DNA of 64,000 nt from an uncultured Chlamydiae bacterium (lineage in GTDB: Bacteria; Chlamydiota; Chlamydiia; Chlamydiales; SM23-39). The notes beneath the pieces are model-generated. The model was not told the DNA's origin and ran no database searches. It saw nothing but the letters and a program-made list of their open reading frames with translations. Every line of letters begins with the position of its first letter. The first letter of the stretch is position 1. Where the stretch lies: NCBI GenBank assembly GCA_963828125.1, contig CAWHDP010000002.1, positions 1,440,001 through 1,504,000 on the forward strand. Direction: 5' to 3'. The position numbers were made by a program, and so were the translations under genes. Of this stretch, positions 53,340 through 63,287 are shown one piece after another.

Positions 53340-56011
53340 TGCATATACCCCAAACCAGCGAGCAGTCCACTGAGCTCTTGTAACGACTCATTACGTGCAG
53401 TCTCCAGATCGCAAAACGGAACAGCATACTTATCCCATAAACGTTCTATGCTCCGAATGAGCGCTCGCTTTTCAGCATTGAGGTAGCGATTCAGCTCACT
53501 TTTGGCGACATCGTACAGCTTTTGAAGGATGAGTTGATGAGCTTCTGTTTCCATTAACTGTCCTCCTACTGATTCGATTAGCTTATCCGTGTTGGCGATC
53601 CGATTTTCTAATACTTCTTTGTCTTTATTTAGAGCGGCGATTTTCTTTTCTTCCTCTTTGACCGTCTCATCCAACTCAGCAACTTTAGCGTTGATCTGTT
53701 GGAGCTGCTGCTGGCTTTCCATTTTGAAGCTGTCGCCGCCGACTCGTTTGAGTTGGAGCTTGTGTTCCAGCTTCTCTGAGAGAAGAACCTGTTCTGCCTT
53801 TGTATCTTTAATACGCTTTTCAATGCGTTTAATGAGATTGTCTTGCTGTTTCAATGCTGATAACTCATTCTGAGCAGATTGGCCGGAACTTCCCATAAGA
53901 TCATCGATCAGCGTCTTAAGAGCCTTCTTTATTACAGATGCAGTAACCTTTTCCTCTTCGTCAGGCTCATAACTGGTTACTTCTTGGGCAGTTTCAACCG
54001 CTTCCGTCAATTCGCTCTGGGCTTCTTCGATTTGTGCGTTCAAAGCATCAATCATCTCTGCATCAGCTTTGAAGAATGCTGAAATCAAGTAGTCATCAGG
54101 TATTAAACTGTGATGCCAGCCGGTAGAAACGATAGTCTTGAGGTCGTAACGAATCTGCTGCCACCAGTTGACGAACACCCCCGCACTTTTAAACTCATCC
54201 AATACTTTAAGAGGTATCAGCTTTGCCTTTAATGTTGAGAGTAGCTCATGCCGCACTTCGGGCATCTTTTTTCCATTACGAAGCTGAGAAAAGTCATCCC
54301 GGGCAATCTTCCACCACGATTCGAGTGCTTCGTGATGTGCTGCGAGTGTCCTTTGTAATGACTTGGTGGCTTCCAAAGACACTTTGATTGCGCTTTTATT
54401 AGTGATCTCTGAAGAAAAGACAAAATATCCGGAACGTTCTGGCTGAAAGAAATCAGTAATATCCACACCAAACCGCCCGAGGTTGGCTCTTTGAGCTTCG
54501 ACTTCGCTTTCCGGAATACCTCCAATCAAGTGGGCTTGCACATCTTCGGGTTCAGGATCGGGAGTGTTATCGACATAGCGGCGGATATTGAGGTTGTAGT
54601 CGTGAGCCTCGACAATCTCGGATCGATCGACGAGACGCGAGTACTTAGAGATCTCGCGCTTATTGGTGAAGGTGAAAGCGATTTTTTCGATATCTTCGGG
54701 GCGCAGCTTGTTTTGCGCCTTGCCTTCTCCATATTCTCTATCGGCGTTGATGAAGAGGATTTTGTTCTTCAGGCTTTCCGGTTTGCTCTTGTTGGCCACG
54801 ATCACGCAAGCAGGAATCCCAGTACCGTAAAAGAGCCCAGGGGGTAAGCTGATGATTGCCTCAATTACATCGTCGTTAATGAGGATTTCGCGGATGAGCT
54901 TTTCCTTACCGCCGCGAAAGAGCACCCCGTGCGGCATAACCGTTGCCATGTGTCCGTTGTTCTTAAGGCTGGCGAGCATATGCTGCACAAACATTAGATC
55001 TGCCTTTTTTCCAGTTTCTGGACACCATTCACGAAAGCGGTCGGGGAATTTAAGAGTGGCACGGCTATAGTTCTGCGAAAAGGGAGGATTAGCCAGAACC
55101 CGATCAAACTTGCGGATACGGCCATTTTCAAAAATCTGTGGATCTTCTAGCGTATCCCCATTTTCGATGGTGAATCTAGTGACATTGTGGAGGATCATGT
55201 TCATGTTACAGATCGACCAGACAGTACCATTGGAATCTTGCCCATAGAGAGCGAGATCATTGGGGTTTTGTCCCTGCTCTTCAACATATTGATGAGCCTG
55301 AATTAAGAATCCTCCAGAACCAACAGTTGGATCGTAGATTGTATTCCCTTCCTGCGGCTTAGTGATCTGCACGAGTAGACGAACAACTTCTCCAGGGGTA
55401 TAGAACTCGCCACCTTTCTTGCCTGCGCTGTCAGCGAAATATTTGATCAGATATTCATAGGCTGCACCCAGCAGATCGGGAAATTCAAAATTATCGTTAA
55501 TCAGAATAAAGTCAGGCTGACTAAAGTGATCAAGCAGATCTTTCCATTTTTGGTCTGGAATCTTGGTCTTGCCTTTCATTGCATTGAAATCGATGTTATT
55601 TTTGAGTACTCCTTGAAGGGAGTCGTTGGCATCTTCGAGAGCGGCAATCGCTTTGTTGAGCATGCTGCCAATGTCATGCTTTAGATCCTTGAGAGCCGGT
55701 ACATGCTGACCGTTTTCATCGATCCAACTCTCATTCCAGCGTGCGCGCGGAGGCACAAAGTAGGTGTCTCCGTAGGAGGTGGGCTCTTCGCGGAGGGACA
55801 TGAGCTTCGTGGGTTCGCTGGCATAGTGAGCGAAATCGTAGTGTGTTAGTTTCTTGCTCTTATGATCGAATTCATCGGACAACCGTTTAATGAATAACAG
55901 ACCAAAGATGAATTCCTTAAATTCAGAAGCGTCCATTTTGCCGCGTAGGATGTCAGCAGCTTTAAGAAGGAATGATTCCAGCTGGGAGATCGTGATTTTC
56001 TTTTTTGTCAT
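53336..56011 (-). CDS. hsdM: Type I R-M N6-adenine methyltransferase with long C-terminal coiled-coil extension
   Basis: [34 protein letters not shown] and YNLNIRRY; 891 aa. Confidence 0.96.
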   Translation of the reverse strand: MTKKKITISQLESFLLKAADILRGKMDASEFKEFIFGLLFIKRLSDEFDHKSKKLTHYDFAHYASEPTKLMSLREEPTSYGDTYFVPPRARWNESWIDENGQHVPALKDLKHDIGSMLNKAIAALEDANDSLQGVLKNNIDFNAMKGKTKIPDQKWKDLLDHFSQPDFILINDNFEFPDLLGAAYEYLIKYFADSAGKKGGEFYTPGEVVRLLVQITKPQEGNTIYDPTVGSGGFLIQAHQYVEEQGQNPNDLALYGQDSNGTVWSICNMNMILHNVTRFTIENGDTLEDPQIFENGRIRKFDRVLANPPFSQNYSRATLKFPDRFREWCPETGKKADLMFVQHMLASLKNNGHMATVMPHGVLFRGGKEKLIREILINDDVIEAIISLPPGLFYGTGIPACVIVANKSKPESLKNKILFINADREYGEGKAQNKLRPEDIEKIAFTFTNKREISKYSRLVDRSEIVEAHDYNLNIRRYVDNTPDPEPEDVQAHLIGGIPESEVEAQRANLGRFGVDITDFFQPERSGYFVFSSEITNKSAIKVSLEATKSLQRTLAAHHEALESWWKIARDDFSQLRNGKKMPEVRHELLSTLKAKLIPLKVLDEFKSAGVFVNWWQQIRYDLKTIVSTGWHHSLIPDDYLISAFFKADAEMIDALNAQIEEAQSELTEAVETAQEVTSYEPDEEEKVTASVIKKALKTLIDDLMGSSGQSAQNELSALKQQDNLIKRIEKRIKDTKAEQVLLSEKLEHKLQLKRVGGDSFKMESQQQLQQINAKVAELDETVKEEEKKIAALNKDKEVLENRIANTDKLIESVGGQLMETEAHQLILQKLYDVAKSELNRYLNAEKRALIRSIERLWDKYAVPFCDLETARNESLQELSGLLAGLGYMQ

Positions 56012-56015
56012 GGAT

Positions 56016-56231
56016 TCATACCTTTAATTCCGTATCAGTTGCTGAAGTGGCCATTGATTCTGAAGCGCCGCCGATCTTGACCCATTCATCTACTTCGTGC
56101 TTTTTGAGCTTCCATAAACGCCCTATCCGATGGGCAGGCAGGCGCTTTTCCCTTATCCATTTGTAGACTGTGTCATCTTTCACGCCGAGGTGAACTGCGA
56201 TTTCACTCACTGAAAACCAACGGTCGTCCAT
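56016..56231 (-). CDS. Excisionase-like HTH_17 DNA-binding protein leading the hsd operon
   Basis: [26 protein letters not shown]...[18 protein letters not shown]. Confidence 0.88.
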   Translation of the reverse strand: MDDRWFSVSEIAVHLGVKDDTVYKWIREKRLPAHRIGRLWKLKKHEVDEWVKIGGASESMATSATDTELKV

Positions 56232-56507
56232 TGTCTGCCTCTGTATCATCAATATTCGTAGTTGTAGTTTGTTAAGGGAGCATATCATATCCGGATATAA
56301 CAGGAAAGACAAGGATAAACCAGGCAAGACAAGGCAGGCACGCGACAGACAATCCTATTTTCCGACTTATTCAGACAACAATAAATTATTGTTAGCAATA
56401 GATCTGATTTTAATTTAAAGTAAATATTAAACTAAACTATTATTTAAACTGTTTTAACAAACTCTCAAATTGATATCATGTACAACGAAACCAACGGATA
56501 AATTACT

Positions 56508-57269
56508 TTGAGTCTTAAATACAGCCCCCAACGTGTTAGAAATTTATTTATTTCAAACGCTGAAAAATCTTTCAAATTAAGCCGTTCGAAAATTCAGAAC
56601 TTTCTCGACTGCCCTCGATGCTTCTACCTAGATCGCAAGTGCGGGGTTGGCCAACCCGGTTCTTTGCCCTTCACATTGAATACTGCTGTGGATCAGCTTC
56701 TCAAAAAAGAATTCGATCAATACCGAGAAAAGAGAGAGCCCCACCCCCTGATAATTGAGCATGAGATCGATGCAATTCCTTTTGCCCATCCTGAGCTTGA
56801 GGAATGGAGACAAAACTTTATGGGCATCCAAACACTTCATCAGCCAACTAATTTCATCATCACGGGAGCCATTGATGATCTGTGGATCAATTCAAATGGC
56901 GAACTGATCGTTGTGGATTACAAGGCAACCAGTACCACCAAGGAAATCTCCCTCGATGAGGAATACCGCCAATCTTATAAGAACCAAATGGAACTATATC
57001 AGTGGCTGTTACGGCAGAGGGGATTCAAAGTTTCACAAACTGGATACTTCGTCTACTGCAACGGAGATTCATCCAAAGAGAATTTCGGGAGGAAACTTGA
57101 ATTTTCAATTTCTGTTATTCCCTATACAGGCAATGACTCCTGGGTAGAATCAACTCTGCTTGAGATTCGAGCGTGTCTTGAAAAGACTGAATGCCCTGAG
57201 CAAAAGAAATCCTGTGATTTCTGCAATTACCGCACAGCTGTCAGAAAGTACCTGCAAGATCAAGATTAG
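56508..57269 (+). CDS. PD-(D/E)XK nuclease, RecB/Cas4-like
   Basis: LSRSK..FLDCPRCF, GAIDD, VVDYK, QMELY and C-terminal C..CDFC. Confidence 0.85.
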   Translation: MSLKYSPQRVRNLFISNAEKSFKLSRSKIQNFLDCPRCFYLDRKCGVGQPGSLPFTLNTAVDQLLKKEFDQYREKREPHPLIIEHEIDAIPFAHPELEEWRQNFMGIQTLHQPTNFIITGAIDDLWINSNGELIVVDYKATSTTKEISLDEEYRQSYKNQMELYQWLLRQRGFKVSQTGYFVYCNGDSSKENFGRKLEFSISVIPYTGNDSWVESTLLEIRACLEKTECPEQKKSCDFCNYRTAVRKYLQDQD

Positions 57270-57360
57270 CCGCCCGCTGCGTTTATGTAATTTTTGGGTT
57301 GCCGGAGCTGGCAAGCCAATCTGTTTACCGGAGCCGGTAAGATGATCTTGGAAGTCGCAA

Positions 57361-57585
57361 CTAGTCAAAAAACACCTTGTACCCTCCTTTGGGAATTTCT
57401 TCGCCAATATCGCCTCTTCCGTTATCCGGCAAAGCCACCACAAAGTCAGCATCTACCTCAAGTGCAGAAACTTCATCATGCGACATCTCTGGGCTGTATA
57501 TGACTAGAGCATAAGATGATTTCTTTTTGCCGACATTACAGCTCTTCTCCAGCTGCTCTACTCGCTTTCTATTCATAGTTTTCAT
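57361..57585 (-). CDS. Small hypothetical protein
   Basis: AGGAG RBS and ATGA coupling to the upstream gene. Confidence 0.6.
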   Translation of the reverse strand: MKTMNRKRVEQLEKSCNVGKKKSSYALVIYSPEMSHDEVSALEVDADFVVALPDNGRGDIGEEIPKGGYKVFFD

Positions 57586-58055
57586 GTTTTACTCCTAGTG
57601 TTGAGGGTTTCTTCCACGTTTTTCAGTCTTGCCTCGAATTGGCAAGCCTCTAACGCTTTTGAGTAGCTTTCTACCGTTCTGGCGAGCAATTCTCCCTCTG
57701 AGGGGCTGATTTCGCCTTTTCCTACTGCATGAACAATGAATCCAATTGCATTGAACACATCTTCGAATGTCTCCATTGGAGGAAGGTCGATTTCAATGCA
57801 TCGATCTTTTCTCGGTGGCAAAAATCTCTCCAAGATCATTTTTGCAGCCTGCATGTTGCCATTTAAGGCTTCTTCTTCGACTTTTTTGCAGATTTTTTCT
57901 AAGGAACCTTCCAGAAGAGCTTCTGCTGCTAGCGTGGATTTATTTCGAGCGCCCTTTGGCTTGCCGTTGGGATTACCTGAACACCCCTTTTTGTATCTCC
58001 CTCTCGCCTGTATTTTTCCTGAATTTTCAGGAGATTCACTTTCCATTTTCACCAT
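57582..58055 (-). CDS. DUF5681-like protein (phage/satellite-associated)
   Basis: YKKGCSGNPNGKPKGARNK followed by ALNGNMQAAKMILER. Confidence 0.75.
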   Translation of the reverse strand: MVKMESESPENSGKIQARGRYKKGCSGNPNGKPKGARNKSTLAAEALLEGSLEKICKKVEEEALNGNMQAAKMILERFLPPRKDRCIEIDLPPMETFEDVFNAIGFIVHAVGKGEISPSEGELLARTVESYSKALEACQFEARLKNVEETLNTRSKT

Positions 58056-58062
58056 GCCTTTC

Positions 58063-58459
58063 CTAATTTTGGCGATACTGCTCATAACAATCGGCGAGCA
58101 TCCCTCGAAAATTTTCTGGGGGCAATTTGAATGAGTAGTCTTTGCCAGATAGAGGATGAGTGCAGTAAGATTGGGTTATTTTGATGTCGTTCCAGTTATT
58201 CCTTTTCGCAAAATTCTCCGTAAAAAGTCGATTCTCATTGATGTTGCTGTTCTGCATAGAATAATTTTCTTTCAAGGCAACCTCCATCCAGGCTTCAGGT
58301 TTTGTAATTCCGTCGATCCCTTTTAGCAACAACGAAAGATGATCTGTTATGCGCTCTGATTCATACATGCGAATCCATCTCCGCAAGGCGCGCTCTGAAA
58401 TCCGGAGATCTTTATCCTGGCAGTATGCAAACAGTCCCTGAAGATCACTTTTCTGTTTG
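58063..58459 (-). pseudogene. 3' remnant of a gene interrupted by ISL3
   Basis: The first ~27 codons of track ORF 58063-58539 are ISL3 DNA read out of frame. The rest is coupled to the DUF5681-like gene. Confidence 0.6.
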
Positions 58460-58608
58460 GGTTCATCCGACAAATGCGTACCTGGACTCGTGTAGGTGAT
58501 AAAGTCGCAATTTAAAATATTCAATATCTCGAAACCCATAAGCCTGCCTTTTCATTGTCTTGATTTTGTTGTTTATGCCTTCTGCTGCGGCGTTCGAGAT
58601 TCGATGTT
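58460..58608 (-). mobile_element. ISL3-family remnant (transposase C-terminus and right end)
   Basis: Hand translation HRISNAAAEGINNKIKTMKRQAYGFRDIEYFKLRLYHLHESRYAFVG-stop, ending GGATGAACC. Confidence 0.88.
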
Positions 58609-59984
58609 GGTAGTGTAACATCGTTTCTGTAAATTCAGACTAGGATTTTGGCCGGGTCGAAAAACCCTGGTGGAAAATGGTCTGAGATCCCATTCTTCTT
58701 TTCTAACTCGTTTCAAAAATTGAAAGGAAGGAATGTTATGATCTCAGACCAGTTAAAGGATACCTTAGTGGACCAAATTGTGAAAGGACTCATTGGCCAA
58801 GGCATGGAGGGGTTGAAGCCCGTCTTAGAGTTACTGTTCAATGGAACGATGAAAATGGAAAGGGAACAGTTCCTCGGTGCTGGTTCCCATGAGAGAACAG
58901 AGGGCAGGAAGGGGTACGCCAATGGGTATAAGCCAAAAGAGTTGCAAACCAGGTTGGGAGCCCTGGATCTACAGATCCCTCAGGTAAGAGGCCTTGGGTT
59001 TTATCCCCAGAGTCTGGAGAAGGGCACTCGTTCAGAAAAAGCCCTAAAGTTGGCAATAGCCCAGATGTATTTAGAAGGGGTCTCGACTAGGAGGGTGCAG
59101 GATATTACCGAGAAGCTGTGCGGCCTCGAGATAAGTTCAACCCAGGTCTCGAGGCTGACTCAAGAGCTGGATGGGCAGTTTGAGCTGTTTAGGAATAGAC
59201 CGATAGGAGAGGTGAGCTATCTGGTCATTGATGCAATCTACCTCAAGGTGCGGCACAATGGGTCTGTAATCGACATGGCGATCCTTCTGGGCTATGGAAT
59301 TACTCCGGAAGGGAAACGAGAAATCCTAGGAGCCTCCGCGAGCCTCTCGGAGGCTGAGGTTCACTGGAGGGAGTTTTTTAAGCACCTTCAGTCTCGGGGG
59401 ATGCGAGGACTCCGGTTAATCATTAGCGATGATCATGCCGGAATGAAAAGTGCGAGGAAGGCAATGTTCCCATCAGTGCCATGGCAGAGATGTCAGTTCC
59501 ACCTGGCGCAGAACGCCCAAAGCTATGCTCCTAAGAAATCGATGAGGGTAGAGATAGCAGAGGTAATGAGGGAGATTTTTAACAGTCCGACTGTTGAAAT
59601 GGCGCAAGAGATGAAACGCCGGGCCATAGAGAGATACCAGAAGCGTGCTCCTGAGTTTGCGAAATGGCTCGAGGAGAATGTCGATGAAGGGCTGACAGTT
59701 TATCAGTTTCCGAAGGAGCACTGGAAGCGGGTGAGGACCTCCAATGGTATGGAGCGGGTCAACAAGGAGATTAAGCGGCGGACGCGAGTGGCTGTCTTGT
59801 TCCCGAATCCGGAATCAGCGCTCCGGTTGGTGACAGGTGTAGTGATCGAAATCCATGAGGAGTGGGTGACGGGCAAACAGTATTTAGATATGAGTCCACT
59901 GTTAAATCAGGGACCGAGAAATGAATAACCTCGAGGGAGAAAAGAGGAAAAAAATGGAATTTACAGAAAAGTTGTTGCTTTGCC
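58609..59984 (+). mobile_element. IS256-family insertion sequence (1,376 bp)
   Basis: Imperfect 28-bp IRs GGTAGTGTAACATCGTTTCTGTAAATTC and (rc) GGCAAAGCAACAACTTTTCTGTAAATTC; no target duplication. Confidence 0.92.
58738..59928 (+). CDS. IS256-family DDE transposase
   Basis: NGYKPK, MYLEGVSTRRV, IDAIYLKVR, ISDDHAG, WQRCQFH and RTSNGMERVNKEIKRR. Confidence 0.96.
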   Translation: MISDQLKDTLVDQIVKGLIGQGMEGLKPVLELLFNGTMKMEREQFLGAGSHERTEGRKGYANGYKPKELQTRLGALDLQIPQVRGLGFYPQSLEKGTRSEKALKLAIAQMYLEGVSTRRVQDITEKLCGLEISSTQVSRLTQELDGQFELFRNRPIGEVSYLVIDAIYLKVRHNGSVIDMAILLGYGITPEGKREILGASASLSEAEVHWREFFKHLQSRGMRGLRLIISDDHAGMKSARKAMFPSVPWQRCQFHLAQNAQSYAPKKSMRVEIAEVMREIFNSPTVEMAQEMKRRAIERYQKRAPEFAKWLEENVDEGLTVYQFPKEHWKRVRTSNGMERVNKEIKRRTRVAVLFPNPESALRLVTGVVIEIHEEWVTGKQYLDMSPLLNQGPRNE

Positions 59985-60479
59985 ACAATGAAGAACGTTG
60001 TCATGCATTTTGATAGCCCCTGGTTAAATTATGAAATCATAGAAAATCAAGCCGTTGTTCATACCTCTAAAGGCAATTTTGCTTTTGATCAGTTGCTTCT
60101 GGCCACTGGATGGATCGCTGATCTATCCCTTCGAAACGAGTTAAAAGAGTTCAGTCATGAGATTGCTCTCTGGTCTGATCGTTTCATTCCCCCGTCTCAT
60201 CAACCTTACCATGCTCTTCTCAAAATGCCTTATTTGGGTCCTTATTTTGAATTTACCGAGAAAACGCCTGGACAAGCGCCCTATCTCAATTCGATCTTTA
60301 ATTGTACGGGAGGATCTTTGCTAAGCGCTGGTTTCAGCGCAGGAACAGGATTGACTGGCATGAAATATAGCATCCAAAAGTTAGTTTATGGTGTCGTCAG
60401 CCAGCTTTTTCAGGATGAAAAAGATTATTTTTATCATACTTTGGAAACCTACGATGAAGTGCTGTTTGAAAATGAATAA
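59985..60479 (+). pseudogene. 3' fragment of an FAD/NAD(P)-dependent oxidoreductase (HpyO-like), truncated by IS256
   Basis: FDQLLLATG..., PYLGPYFEFTEKTPG; N-terminal Rossmann motif absent; begins at the IS end. Confidence 0.7.
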
Positions 60480-60539
60480 CTACATCTTACTGCAAATGGG
60501 TTGTCGACGGTTAACGATTCAAATAGGAGAAATGATTCA

Positions 60540-61100
60540 ATGAAGTTTTTCTTCATAAGACACGGTGAGTCTCTATGGAATGCAAAAAATCTCTGTCAAG
60601 GTCAAAAAGATATTGAACTCAGCCCAAAGGGATTAAGCGAGGCAAAAGCTTTTGCAGCAAAATCTGCTCGTCTTCCTATTGGTTATATCTGTACTTCTCC
60701 GCTCAAACGAGCATTAAAAACTGCGCAGGTTATCAGAAAATACCATCCCCAAGCAGGGTTCACTTTAGTAGAAGAATTTTCTGAAAGAAATTGGGGTCAT
60801 CTTGAAGGAATTTCGAGTGAAACGATGTATGAAATTGAAAAACTGGAAGAGGCAAATCCAGATTTCAAAACTGATCCATCAATTGAATCTCGTCAGGATT
60901 TAAAGTCCCGAATCAAACAGGGACTAGAAATTGCTTTTCAACTTCATCCAGAACCTCTTATCGTTTCTCATGGCCGGCTTTTTTTGGGCCTTTGTGAATT
61001 ACTCAACATACCTATTATCAGGCAAATTAAGAATCTCAGCTTGATGGAAATTACAAAAACATCTAAGGGTTGGCACTCACAAGAGTTAAATTTGGGTTAA
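60540..61100 (+). CDS. Histidine phosphatase (phosphoglycerate-mutase family)
   Basis: RHGES.WN, SPLKRA..TA, ERNWG..EG and VSHG. Confidence 0.92.
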   Translation: MKFFFIRHGESLWNAKNLCQGQKDIELSPKGLSEAKAFAAKSARLPIGYICTSPLKRALKTAQVIRKYHPQAGFTLVEEFSERNWGHLEGISSETMYEIEKLEEANPDFKTDPSIESRQDLKSRIKQGLEIAFQLHPEPLIVSHGRLFLGLCELLNIPIIRQIKNLSLMEITKTSKGWHSQELNLG

Positions 61101-61104
61101 GATT

Positions 61105-62904
61105 GTGATTCGAAAATTTTTGATTTTAATTGTATTTTACATTGGACCAGCTTATTCTAGTGTACTAGATATTCCCTCTGACCATTTTTCGGCTATATTA
61201 GATGATCAACAGTCTATCTATGGAAATTTTGATAAAATCATACCAATGCCAGATCAAGGCGGCTCATTGATTAACGATGTTTATCTTATCATAACTTCTA
61301 CGGGACAAGAATTAGTTCTTAAAGCAGAAAATCCCAATTGGAAAACACGGAAAACTCTGAACGAAGTGAGTGCTATTCGTTATATAGAAAAAAATACAAA
61401 AATACCAGTTCCTCATATAATAAAATACCATAATGAAATCACATCTTCTCCTCTGGGCGTTGAGTACATATTAATGAATCGTGTACAAGGAAAAGCTTTA
61501 AATTTAGTCATCGAAGAAATATATCCCGACAAAAAAATCTATTTAAAAATTCTCAATGATTTAGCAGACATTGTAGCTAGGCTACATTCGATCCAATTTG
61601 AATATATGGGAAATGTTGAGAATAAAGGTAACGGATTGGCCGTTGTTAGTCCAATTGAATTTCCGAAATCTGTAATCAGCAAACCTTGCCATAAATTTTC
61701 AGACTATGCATTTGCATGGCTTTTGTATTACACAAACGAAATGAAAAGATTCAAGATAGCCAATCACCCTAACCAACAATATTTCTCTCGACTTATTCCT
61801 CGCCTTGAGAACATACTCAAGACAAAAAAATTTTCTATTTTGGATGACCCAAGAGATATATTCGTCTATTGTCATCAAGATTTCGTTATGAAAAATATCT
61901 TAGTCGATAATAACTGTGTATCCGCTATCCTTGATTGGGAGTGGAGCGGGCCTACTCTTCCCGAATTTGAAATACAAACTGGTTTTGATTTTCTTCGTAC
62001 TGAAGAAGATAGAATTTTATTTGAAAAATTAATGGCTGAAAGGGGGTTCCTCAATTTTTTCCATCCTCCCCCTCCAAGACGTCAGCTCTTTTATGATCTT
62101 ATAGGCCATCTTTATACTCTTATCTCCTGTTATGAGTGGATAGAAGGCAAGCTGGCTCATTCTGCAAAGTTTTTAGCACAAAAACTAGAGCAGCGAATGG
62201 TGAAAAAAGACAAGCATTTTAATATGGAAAAGTTTGTAAATGACAAAACCGAAATGGCAGAACAAATATTATGGAATTTCGAATTTTCACAAGAAAGCTA
62301 TGAAGATATTTTAGATACGTCTCTAACACCTAGGACTCACATGAAACCTATTGCATTTTTTGGACTGAGCGGTGTTGGAAAAACTACGTTGGCACATGGA
62401 TTAGTTGATTTAGCCCCTGATCAATTTTCGCTCATTCCCATTACCACATCAAGATTACCACGCGATGACGATGACCTTCGTTACATGGAGTTTCTCTCTC
62501 AAGTTGATTTTATTTCTAATCGAGACAAAGGGTGTTTTGCTATGTCATGGCAGCAAGACGGGAACTATTATGGATACAGACGTAAATACCTTGAAAACAC
62601 GCAAAAAACTCCTATTGTGACTTGCTCACTGTCTGCTATTCAAATACTTAAAGAATATGGAGCTATGACTGTGCTTATCAAAGGAGATGGTGTTAAAGGC
62701 CTAGAAGCCAGAGGATCTGATGAAGTTACAAAAAATAGAATTCTTCTCAACATAAAGAATACTGAGAAATATTTAAATCAGCCATGGTTTAAAGAAAATA
62801 TTGATATTGAACATGACCAAATTTGGGGGGATATACCTCGCTCCATCCAGAATCTATATGATTCAATTAGAGGAAGCTATACTGCGGCCACCCCAAAAGT
62901 GTGA
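61105..62904 (+). CDS. APH/choline-kinase-like phosphotransferase fused to a guanylate-kinase/PhnN-like P-loop domain
   Basis: VLK, IPVP, HQDFVMKNIL and ILDWE; then GLSGVGKTT, TTSRLPR and NYYG. Confidence 0.82.
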   Translation: MIRKFLILIVFYIGPAYSSVLDIPSDHFSAILDDQQSIYGNFDKIIPMPDQGGSLINDVYLIITSTGQELVLKAENPNWKTRKTLNEVSAIRYIEKNTKIPVPHIIKYHNEITSSPLGVEYILMNRVQGKALNLVIEEIYPDKKIYLKILNDLADIVARLHSIQFEYMGNVENKGNGLAVVSPIEFPKSVISKPCHKFSDYAFAWLLYYTNEMKRFKIANHPNQQYFSRLIPRLENILKTKKFSILDDPRDIFVYCHQDFVMKNILVDNNCVSAILDWEWSGPTLPEFEIQTGFDFLRTEEDRILFEKLMAERGFLNFFHPPPPRRQLFYDLIGHLYTLISCYEWIEGKLAHSAKFLAQKLEQRMVKKDKHFNMEKFVNDKTEMAEQILWNFEFSQESYEDILDTSLTPRTHMKPIAFFGLSGVGKTTLAHGLVDLAPDQFSLIPITTSRLPRDDDDLRYMEFLSQVDFISNRDKGCFAMSWQQDGNYYGYRRKYLENTQKTPIVTCSLSAIQILKEYGAMTVLIKGDGVKGLEARGSDEVTKNRILLNIKNTEKYLNQPWFKENIDIEHDQIWGDIPRSIQNLYDSIRGSYTAATPKV

Positions 62905-62960
62905 ATTTGGGCAAGCGTGAAAGCGCCAAAAATCACACTTTTGGGGTGGCCGCAGTATAG
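62877..62960. mobile_element. MITE-like element with perfect 28-bp terminal inverted repeats
   Basis: CTATACTGCGGCCACCCCAAAAGTGTGA - 28 nt - TCACACTTTTGGGGTGGCCGCAGTATAG. Confidence 0.85.
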
Positions 62961-63109
62961 TTATGTTGAGAATCCGGTCACGGTCTCGAAAAATGTACAA
63001 AGTCGAGTTAATAAAATCTCATCTCTTCCAGGAGTACTCTATATGGGCTTACAAACCATATCCGTTTTGAAAAGCGTTATGTTTGTTTTTTTCCTGGCAC
63101 TTCCCAGCT

Positions 63110-63204
63110 ACATTATCACACCTAAATTTTTTGGAGCACTTCTCCTATGAAAGCCCTTTCGCTCTTAGTTCTATGAATTTTTGTTTTTCTTCAGCAGTCT
63201 TCAT
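63110..63204 (-). pseudogene. Remnant of a small HTH protein gene
   Basis: MKTAEEKQKFIELRAKGLS-stop-EKCSK resembles an HTH N-terminus with Tyr-to-stop. Confidence 0.4.
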
Positions 63205-63287
63205 AGAAAGTATTATCCCATTTCGTGGGGTCATCTCACAAGTAGCGCTGAAAATTTATTGGGTGAGCACTATAAGTTTTTAATGAC

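Noticed and set aside
56508..57269. CRISPR-Cas adaptation module
   Set aside because: No cas1, cas2 or array in the window; treated as a solo nuclease.
58460..58539. Start of the 158-aa ORF 58063-58539
   Set aside because: It is derived from ISL3 sequence in a different frame, so the ORF is a chimera.
62917..63283. Short + strand ORFs of 77 and 66 aa
   Set aside because: The first starts inside the MITE, neither has motifs, and the opposite strand shows a decayed HTH gene.
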